Virus record (IMG/VR): IMGVR_UViG_3300034683_000215
Coordinates: 1-58,680 of that record
Length of the DNA: 58,680 nucleotides
Strand: one strand, 5' to 3'
Source: a virus
Taxonomy: Duplodnaviria > Caudoviricetes
Both the position numbers and the translations under genes were made by a program. Numbering within the stretch: the first letter of the stretch is position 1; each line of letters opens with the position of its first letter. Under the pieces are notes generated by a model, which saw only the letters and a list, made by a program, of their open reading frames with translations, did not search any database and was not told the origin of the DNA. Shown here one piece after another: positions 29,511 to 36,221 of the stretch.

Positions 29511-30389
29511 TTAAAAAAGATGCGGCATTACTTCTTTGATACGGTTAATCGTAAAAAATGAAAGTCGTTTAAAATCAATTGTTGGATTTTTGAACTCTTT
29601 TACAAAGTTCCAGCTTTCTTCTTTTACAAGGCAGTAAAAAACAGTATTCAAAAGTCGTGGGATCTGTTTACTACTCCAACCGTTTTCAGTCTCAATTTTT
29701 GCCAATTCCTTTTCAATTAAAGCCTTTGTTACAAACTTATTTACTATTTCTTCTTCAATAATTTTGTTTTCTTTAATCTCAGTTACATCGCATTTGGCGT
29801 GTTTTGCCTTAAATTCGTTTTTAACAATCTTTGCCCAAACTACACGCCCAAATCTGTTTTTGTAATTGTAGTTTTTAATTACAATACCTTCGCCAGTTCC
29901 TTGTCCATCTTCAATTAAGTACACATTCTTTTCTAATTGGTTTACTAATATTTCGTATGTAGGGTTCTCAATCTTGCAAATTGGCGGGATGTATTCAATA
30001 CCAAATTCATCGAGCATTACTTTATATGCCTCGTAAGGCAAATAGTTTTCGCCATCCATTACGTCAAACACATAAAAGTTATTCCAAGCCGTTTTTTGGT
30101 AAGTTTTAAGCGTATGCGGCACAAGCCATTCGCCAAATAATCGCAAGTTTGGGTATTTAGCAAAAAATAAGTAAAACATTTCTTGCTGTAAAGCCCAATT
30201 ATAAAAACCTGCATTATCGTTCTCAACTTCTAATTGCCTGTTTCGGCTACCAGCCCGTAAGCCATTTTCAAACCATAATTGAGAATTTGTTCCGTCAATT
30301 TTTGGGAATATGTAGCACATACCCATTTCAATTCCGTTTGTTTCAGTAGTTCCTAATCGTTCTACGTGTTGATACTTTGTAAATTCCAT
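29511..30389 (-). CDS. RNA ligase (Rnl2-like), cassette-borne
   Basis: Nucleotidyltransferase motifs KIDGTN, FGEW, FYVFDV, EGIVIK and AKIV. Confidence 0.85.
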   Translation of the reverse strand: MEFTKYQHVERLGTTETNGIEMGMCYIFPKIDGTNSQLWFENGLRAGSRNRQLEVENDNAGFYNWALQQEMFYLFFAKYPNLRLFGEWLVPHTLKTYQKTAWNNFYVFDVMDGENYLPYEAYKVMLDEFGIEYIPPICKIENPTYEILVNQLEKNVYLIEDGQGTGEGIVIKNYNYKNRFGRVVWAKIVKNEFKAKHAKCDVTEIKENKIIEEEIVNKFVTKALIEKELAKIETENGWSSKQIPRLLNTVFYCLVKEESWNFVKEFKNPTIDFKRLSFFTINRIKEVMPHLF

Positions 30390-30423
30390 ATTTATCTGAT
30401 TTTGTGATTAATAAAATAAAAAC

Positions 30424-30557
30424 TGTGGCTAACAATGTGTATAATTAATTGGGGTTGTAGTGCAGTTTTCAGCGTCCAACCTCGCCCCAGCGTTCGTGTA
30501 TTTTGATTGGTTCGTGCCACGTAATCCCCAACTAATCATACACGTAACGTTAGCAAT
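30424..30557. repeat. attC-like site
   Basis: GTGTATAATTAATTGGGG (30437) and CCCCAACTAATCATACAC (30526). Confidence 0.8.
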
Positions 30558-30852
30558 CAGTGTCTTGCTCACAATTTTTATAAGCTGGATTACATTCTTC
30601 ACATTTATACTCCCATTTAGCATACTGCCACTTACAATTTCCGCAATCCACCACCGCTTCGCTATTGCTAACATGCTGTATATTGCAGTTGCTATCCGTG
30701 TCGGAAGTCAACCCGGCCCACAATTCTAACATACGAACATCATATTTTAGTCGTTCAACTTCATCTCTGTTTCCAGAAGCCCTGTTTTCCATCAGCGTAA
30801 CTGTATCACGTAAATCTTTTATTACATTAATAATACTTCTCATATCTGCCAT
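30550..30852 (-). CDS. Cassette protein: coiled coil, arm-encoded linker, Cys-rich tail
   Basis: DSNCNIQHVSNS spans the arm; CGNC...CEEC tail. Confidence 0.65.
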   Translation of the reverse strand: MADMRSIINVIKDLRDTVTLMENRASGNRDEVERLKYDVRMLELWAGLTSDTDSNCNIQHVSNSEAVVDCGNCKWQYAKWEYKCEECNPAYKNCEQDTDC

Positions 30853-30940
30853 CGCACGTCTAATTTTTAAAGTTTATACTGTTATTTAAATTTGTGCTGT
30901 TTCTGTCGGCAACCGACAACATACAGCTACGACGTAGTTG
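30664..30940. repeat. attC-like site with a gene start in its loop
   Basis: GCTGTATATTGCAGTTGC (30675) and GCAACCGACAACATACAGC (30909). Confidence 0.75.
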
Positions 30941-30943
30941 TAA

Positions 30944-31207
30944 TTAAAAACTTTTCAGCATATTTTCAGCATCATCTCTGGTATTCCAACTAACTTCGCC
31001 ATTATCAAACTCTTCCACTAACTTAGAAAGAAAAGTTTTTAAATGTTCGCTTCGCCAACTAACAGCAGGTATATTCAAATTTTTTACTTGCTGTTGTGCA
31101 AAATAATCAGCTAACTCTTTATACTGAGATTGCTTTAATTTTATTCTTGTTATTGACATTTCGCCAAACTCAAAAATATGGTTTTCCCCTTCTTTGTAAT
31201 GTTTCAT
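30944..31207 (-). CDS. Cassette hypothetical protein
   Basis: KNLNIPAVSWRSE spans arm and core. Confidence 0.65.
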   Translation of the reverse strand: MKHYKEGENHIFEFGEMSITRIKLKQSQYKELADYFAQQQVKNLNIPAVSWRSEHLKTFLSKLVEEFDNGEVSWNTRDDAENMLKSF

Positions 31208-31264
31208 ATCGTTTGTGTTTTAAATTCGTAAAAAATCAAAATATACCTGCGCTACGTTGGGGGC
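31056..31264. repeat. attC-like site with a gene start in its loop
   Basis: GCAGGTATATT (31065) and AATATACCTGC (31240), then GTTGGGGGC. Confidence 0.7.
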
Positions 31265-31266
31265 AA

Positions 31267-31497
31267 TTAAAGCACTTCGCAATCACGCAAATAAAATGAT
31301 TTATGGTTATTTACACCTTCCAAATCAACAATGCAACCATTATCTTCCCATCTTGCGTAATATGCAGCTAATTGTCCATAATCAAACATTAATTTAGCAA
31401 TAATGCCATTTGGTAATTTTAATTTACTTGTTTCGTAATAAATTTTATTTCCTCTTACATCTTTTTCGCCAGTGTACAATCCTTTTACATTTTCCAT
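31267..31497 (-). CDS. Cassette protein, YopX C-terminal-like fragment
   Basis: YTGEKDVRGNKIY resembles the YopX QYTGLKDKNG.EIYEGD motif. Confidence 0.5.
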   Translation of the reverse strand: MENVKGLYTGEKDVRGNKIYYETSKLKLPNGIIAKLMFDYGQLAAYYARWEDNGCIVDLEGVNNHKSFYLRDCEVL

Positions 31498-31500
31498 TTT

Positions 31501-31686
31501 TCAATCAATTAAAAGTGCATAACAATGTATAAAATTAATGCGCTTGGTTATGTTAGTGCTTAATTCAAAGTTTACTGTTTCCTTTTGTACCTCAACATCA
31601 TTGATGTATGATTTACCATTTCTCTCTGAATAATAACCATACACCCACTTACCTTGTTTGTCTAGTCCTTTGTAACTTGTTAGCAT
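31501..31686 (-). CDS. YopX N-terminal-like fragment
   Basis: YKGLDKQGKWVYGYY...V..ETV. Confidence 0.45.
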   Translation of the reverse strand: MLTSYKGLDKQGKWVYGYYSERNGKSYINDVEVQKETVNFELSTNITKRINFIHCYALLID

Positions 31687-31906
31687 TTTTTCTAGATTTA
31701 AGGTTAATAATTGGTTTGTCTATTCCTTTGGCTCTTAATGCTGCTTGTATTTCCAGAGCCTCTTTAATGCTATCTGTATATAGTCCAGCAATATAAAATC
31801 TGTATTTAGAAGGTGGTAAATACTTTAAACTAATAAGATACACCACAAAGCAAATAAATAGGACTAATGGCAGCATATACATAATTAATATTAATATATC
31901 TAACAT
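31649..31906 (-). CDS. Hypothetical membrane protein
   Basis: N-terminal TM segment. Confidence 0.45.
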   Translation of the reverse strand: MLDILILIMYMLPLVLFICFVVYLISLKYLPPSKYRFYIAGLYTDSIKEALEIQAALRAKGIDKPIINLKSRKNANKLQRTRQTR

Positions 31907-32060
31907 ACTTTAGCCCTCCCTAAATTTGTTTTCTAATGTTAAATAACCATTCCTGACATTCATAGGTTGTATCTCCTACTTGATAGCTGAATTTTCCCAT
32001 TTTATTAATGTTTTTTGTTATTAAATCGCACTAAATATATCTGCATCCCGTTGGGGGCAA

Positions 32061-32243
32061 TTAATAGTACTCGATAACCACCACATTTATGGTGATATAA
32101 TCTTCTGAAGAGTTTGCATCCCATAATTCAGTTTTTCTAACTGTATAGGCTTTCATGTAGTCAAACTCTCCGCGCTGCTGAATAAAAACCTCTTTTTCTG
32201 GGTCTTGTTTTTTCAGCTCTTCGATTAGTTCTTTTACTTTCAT
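32061..32243 (-). CDS. Cassette hypothetical protein (MKVKELIEEL family)
   Basis: N-terminus duplicated at 33934-34008. Confidence 0.65.
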   Translation of the reverse strand: MKVKELIEELKKQDPEKEVFIQQRGEFDYMKAYTVRKTELWDANSSEDYITINVVVIEYY

Positions 32244-32352
32244 ATGGTTATAAATTGTTGTTATCAACAAGCGGAAGAACATTCGAGCATTTAATCAAGG
32301 TTAGTACGCAACGCACCATAATAAATAATTTTGCCCACCCGCTTTTGGTTTT

Positions 32353-33147
32353 TCAAACCAATTCGGGTATTTGCTCTCGTAAATATTTGTAAATTTTCCA
32401 CGTTTGTATTTTTGGTGCACTAATGCAAGGGTATAAATTTTTCCAATCTGTGTTTTTCATTAATTGCATCACTTTGGCTTTATACGTTTGGTTGTTCACC
32501 TTAATGTAAATTTCCTGTGCAAATTGTCCTACAAAGTCAACTTCTTTTCCAACATTGCCCCAAGCACACATTCCAAAATCGTAATCGGTAGGTATTGGGT
32601 AAGTTCCGTTTCTTCTATACTCCATTACTGTAACATCATTAAGCTTATAGTCAATCGGCTTGGTGTTAAGTCCTTTTTCAGGTCGCTTATAAATATTAAA
32701 GCTGCATTGTAATTTCACACCACAATATTCCACTATCGGCAGTAGTTCGCTGTAAATCATATCAAACTCATACATTTGTTGGTTGTTGTTGTACTGGCTT
32801 GCAGGTAGTATAAATGCAATGTAGTCGCCTTGCTTTACAGCTTTCTTATAAAACTTAACACTTAGTGTGTTTCGTGTTCCAAATGGTGGGTTTCCAATAA
32901 CACATCTACCTTTAAAGTATGGTAAATCTAATTCAAGGTAGTTTGCTTGCTCAATGTTTTCTGCTTCGGGTTCAATATCAAATGCAAGGTAGTTATCATC
33001 CAAGTAAGGTAAAAACGCACCCGCTCCTGCACTTGGTTCAAGCCATTCAGTTATATTTTCTTCTCCAATTACTTCTTTTGTTTTCTTCACACAATATTCT
33101 GCTAAATCGGCAGGTGTGTAGTATTTATCTAAATTTATTTTTGCCAT
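32353..33147 (-). CDS. DNA adenine methyltransferase (gamma class), cassette-borne
   Basis: KYYTP, LEPSAGAGAF, IGNPPFG. Confidence 0.85.
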   Translation of the reverse strand: MAKINLDKYYTPADLAEYCVKKTKEVIGEENITEWLEPSAGAGAFLPYLDDNYLAFDIEPEAENIEQANYLELDLPYFKGRCVIGNPPFGTRNTLSVKFYKKAVKQGDYIAFILPASQYNNNQQMYEFDMIYSELLPIVEYCGVKLQCSFNIYKRPEKGLNTKPIDYKLNDVTVMEYRRNGTYPIPTDYDFGMCAWGNVGKEVDFVGQFAQEIYIKVNNQTYKAKVMQLMKNTDWKNLYPCISAPKIQTWKIYKYLREQIPELV

Positions 33148-33205
33148 CCCTAAAAATTATTTATTATTACTTCTGTTCATTTAATCAAGTTCCGTGCTGC
33201 CGCCA

Positions 33206-33306
33206 GTTGGTAACAAGTGGTATAAAACAAAACCTCTGGTTGCTTAGTCTCATTGTTCGGGCTATGGTGGTGTCGGTTTCGATTTCATACCACAAGCCCG
33301 TTATGG
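33206..33306. repeat. attC-like site
   Basis: GTGGTATAAAACAAAACC (33217) and GGTTTCGATTTCATACCAC (33275), then GTTATGG. Confidence 0.7.
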
Positions 33307-33390
33307 TTATTATTAATTTCAGTTGTCAAGTAATCCTTTACAACTGCTTTTTTATCCGCTTCAATTCTTATACGTGGAACGTTGTGTGTA

Positions 33391-33544
33391 ATAAAAATGC
33401 TCGTCTCTCCGAGCCGTCACACCTAAGCTAACTGGTACTACATACCATAGGCGGCATTGGTTATCTCCGTTCATCCTACAGTATCACCGTTATGCGTGCC
33501 TCCCTGTGTCCCACACGCTCATCTTCTGCCACCGCATTTTTACA
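33391..33544 (-). ncRNA. Candidate structured RNA in an ORF-less cassette
   Basis: GC-rich, closed by AAAAATGC/GCATTTTT; 3' end GUGACG-GCUCG-GAGAGA-CGAGC hairpin; TATATTTG promoter at 33620-33627 on -. Confidence 0.45.
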
Positions 33545-33772
33545 TACACACAACAATGTATATAATTAATAGCGGTGTTAGTGCAATATTTTAAAGAACT
33601 ACTTTTTGTAAACTTTATGCAAATATATGAAATTCATAGCATTAAATCTGCTACTGTTCGCAAGTAGTAATAACTCGTTTCTGTGTCACCAGTTAGGTGC
33701 ATTGCTACCCACCGCTTTTTACCTTTATGTTCTTTGAGTCTTACCCACTTATACATGTATTAGCAATCATTG

Positions 33773-33988
33773 CTATAAATCAATATCAATTTTAGGCTTG
33801 TATTTACTAATATGAAAAGTTACAGGAATTGTTTTACCATCAAGGTCAAGCAACGAATTGCTAACATGCTGTAATACGGCATTATTTTTTACTACCTTTT
33901 CCTGTTCACATTCATTCCATACTTTTATTAAAGCCTCTTTTTCTGGGTCTTGTTTTTTCAGCTCTTCGATTAGTTCTTTTACTTTCAT
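33773..33988 (-). CDS. Chimeric cassette protein
   Basis: MKVKELIEELKKQDPEKE joined to NAVLQHVSNS. Confidence 0.55.
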   Translation of the reverse strand: MKVKELIEELKKQDPEKEALIKVWNECEQEKVVKNNAVLQHVSNSLLDLDGKTIPVTFHISKYKPKIDIDL

Positions 33989-34021
33989 ATGGTTAAAAAT
34001 TGTTGTTAGGCACAATAAAAA

Positions 34022-34231
34022 TTACTTACGTTCTCGTTCCAATATTTCATTCTGTTTTTCTAGCAAAGTATTTCTATACTTCAACTCTATCTGTATATTT
34101 ATTAGCAAAATGCTAATCAATATTCCAAAAACAAGCATTGTCATAAAAATAAAAAATGTTCCCATAAATCGTAATTTTAAAAGCGTACTAACCTTATACT
34201 TTGCCGTTAGCGGTAATTTTCCATAAACCAC
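34022..34231 (-). CDS. Small membrane protein (start uncertain)
   Basis: TM segment plus a short coiled coil. Confidence 0.45.
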   Translation of the reverse strand: MVYGKLPLTAKYKVSTLLKLRFMGTFFIFMTMLVFGILISILLINIQIELKYRNTLLEKQNEILERERK

Positions 34232-34473
34232 TTAACACCTGCTATAAATGCTTCCTGTTTGTCGTACCAATTTACGACAACTTCCATAGTATCTTCGTTT
34301 GTGTTATCATCATTAGATTTATCGCTATAATTTATAGCAGCAGTTTCAATTTCATTTTCGGAAGGAAAACTACCGCTAACAGCAAATAAATCCAATAACT
34401 CACTTTCTGCATCATTGAAAGATAAATCACCAGATTTAATTCTATTTAGTATTTGTTTAATTTTTTCTTTCAT
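34207..34473 (-). CDS. Cassette hypothetical protein
   Basis: LDLFAVSGS spans the arm; AFIAGVKW motif. Confidence 0.7.
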   Translation of the reverse strand: MKEKIKQILNRIKSGDLSFNDAESELLDLFAVSGSFPSENEIETAAINYSDKSNDDNTNEDTMEVVVNWYDKQEAFIAGVKWFMENYR

Positions 34474-34506
34474 ATCGTTGCTGTATTTATTTGCGTTCCG
34501 TTAAGT
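34371..34506. repeat. attC-like site at the array boundary
   Basis: GCAAATAAAT (34382) and ATTTATTTGC (34485), then GTTCC-GTTAAG. Confidence 0.65.
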
Positions 34507-34820
34507 ATTTCGTATGCTATAGCCGAAATTTTTGTAATGGTTAAGAAGTTTTTAGCCATGATGTTATAAGTTTGGTTTGCTATGTTGACATAGTCTATTT
34601 TAGCGTCTGGGTTAATGATGCCGAAAAAATCTAGGATGGCGTTAACTTCATTAAGGGATAGTAGGAATTTTTTTGCTTCATCGGTTGATTTAAACCTGTC
34701 TTTCTTTATGTGGACATAAAGATATAAAATTGCCTCATGTGCTTTAAACTCTTGGAAAGAGTTTATTCTATTTAATCTGATATAATCGGTCAGTAAGTTT
34801 GTAATATCTTGTTTAATCAT
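34470..34820 (-). CDS. Hypothetical protein whose C-terminus runs into the array
   Basis: Ends ...ILNGTQINTATI, encoded by the attC-like arm. Confidence 0.6.
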   Translation of the reverse strand: MIKQDITNLLTDYIRLNRINSFQEFKAHEAILYLYVHIKKDRFKSTDEAKKFLLSLNEVNAILDFFGIINPDAKIDYVNIANQTYNIMAKNFLTITKISAIAYEILNGTQINTATI

Positions 34821-34850
34821 GTGGAGTATTTTTTTTGTGGTTTTCGTCTA

Positions 34851-35543
34851 TTAGTTAAACCATTTGATTATAGTATCGCCCTTGAAACCTTTTTCCCAAA
34901 TAAACCAAGCATATGCAACTGCACTACCACCGCCCGCAATCATTTCATCAAATCGTGCATTTTTTGCACATAATAATCTACTACTTGATACATAGATTGT
35001 TTTAGGTGGATTAGATAAAAATAATTTTTTACGTTCTTTACCCTCTAAAAATTGGATTTTTAAAAACATTGCGATTTTATTACCTTCGGGTATAATATTT
35101 AATGCTTTTTCAATAAATTGTTTAGCATATTTATATGGTGGATTTGTGATAATATCACCATTCCAAAAAGTAATATCATCGCTAAGAAAATCAACACCAC
35201 CTTCACCAAATCCTCTATAAATTAGATCGGTACTTTTTACAGTATAACCAGCCTTTTCAAAAACTTTACTTAAATGACCTTCACCACAAGCACATTCCCA
35301 TATGTTTTGGGAGAATGTTTCAAGTTCTAACAATAATTCACCCGCTTTAGGGTCAGTTGCGTAAAAATCGTGTATGTCTCTATGCTCTTTAGACAACTTT
35401 TGTTTTTCAATTCTCCATTCCGCATACTGATCTGCGAAATCATCCATTGCTATACGAATAGAATCGTAAAGCTTAGGATTTTTACTCTTTATGTCGTATA
35501 CTGGAATCCCCGCATTTTCTAAAATCATATCTGGAGTTTTCAT
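34851..35543 (-). CDS. DNA amino-methyltransferase with an N-terminal extension
   Basis: DFYAT, WECACGEGH, ITNPPY, AYAWFIW. Confidence 0.85.
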   Translation of the reverse strand: MKTPDMILENAGIPVYDIKSKNPKLYDSIRIAMDDFADQYAEWRIEKQKLSKEHRDIHDFYATDPKAGELLLELETFSQNIWECACGEGHLSKVFEKAGYTVKSTDLIYRGFGEGGVDFLSDDITFWNGDIITNPPYKYAKQFIEKALNIIPEGNKIAMFLKIQFLEGKERKKLFLSNPPKTIYVSSSRLLCAKNARFDEMIAGGGSAVAYAWFIWEKGFKGDTIIKWFN

Positions 35544-35569
35544 TGCGTTAGGATTTGTTGTTATTTATT

Positions 35570-35639
35570 CGCTAAAACAATTATTACGACACTACAAAGA
35601 TACGAACTTTTTTTGAGAAATGCAAATTTTTTTAGCTAA
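35570..35639 (-). promoter_or_regulatory. Promoter block B (inverted copy of block A)
   Basis: The reverse complement matches 17277-17345 except for one extra A. Confidence 0.85.
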
Positions 35640-35643
35640 AAAT

Positions 35644-36072
35644 TTATATTCCAGTAGATCCAAAGCCTCCTCTGGAATCATTATTCAAGTTATCAACCAT
35701 TTCAAACTTAACATTCGGCTGATTTTTGATAATTCTGAATTGCAAGATGCGCTCGTATTTTTTTATGAATGTTTCCCCTGTTAAACAAAAAAGGTATCCA
35801 CCCCAAATATCATCATCGCCGCGGTAGGAGTTATCAATTATCCCTATTGAGTTGGCAAGAATCAACCCGTGCCTCTTGAACAAGCTGCTTCGGGGAGCGA
35901 TTATGGCTTCGTACCCAGCTGGCAGTTCCATTGAAACACCTAAAGATATTTGTAAAATGTCTCCCTGTCTGATATGCCAACCATCACCTGTGAACCTGTC
36001 TGGTAGGTTAACAATATCCACCAAGTATAAATCAACCCAATCGCCGTTATCTAGTTTAACTAGTCTCGGCAT
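35644..36072 (-). CDS. dut: dUTPase
   Basis: PRSS, GIIDNSYRG, ERILQ and RGGFGSTG motifs. Confidence 0.93.
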   Translation of the reverse strand: MPRLVKLDNGDWVDLYLVDIVNLPDRFTGDGWHIRQGDILQISLGVSMELPAGYEAIIAPRSSLFKRHGLILANSIGIIDNSYRGDDDIWGGYLFCLTGETFIKKYERILQFRIIKNQPNVKFEMVDNLNNDSRGGFGSTGI

Positions 36073-36221
36073 GTTTTTGTCGTGATATTTTACTCTTATT
36101 ATAGATTGTGTTTTTAGGGCTATTTTAAGCCGAAATTTTAATTCAAAAATACTAGTGATTAATTATACTACTTACAAGTAGTTCGTTTAAATGTAAGCCT
36201 AAAAATAGGCTAAAACGGGCT

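Larger units (their letters stand above)
29499..34502 (-). mobile_element. Integron-like cassette array 2 (no integrase)
   Basis: Complementary body ends GTTAGCCACA/TGTGGCTAAC, GTTAGCAAT/ATTGCTAAC, GTAGTTG/CAACTAAC, GTTATCAAC/GTTGGTAAC, GTTGTGTGTA/TACACACAAC and GTTAGCGGTA/TACCGCTAAC, with intervening hairpins; some sites are degenerate. Confidence 0.78.

Noticed and set aside
30429-30729. ORFs 30429-30674 (-) and 30460-30729 (+)
   Set aside because: They overlap an attC-like site and the better-supported ORF 30550-30852, and have no credible leader.
33391-33544. tRNA gene
   Set aside because: No TTC T-loop or cloverleaf could be built.
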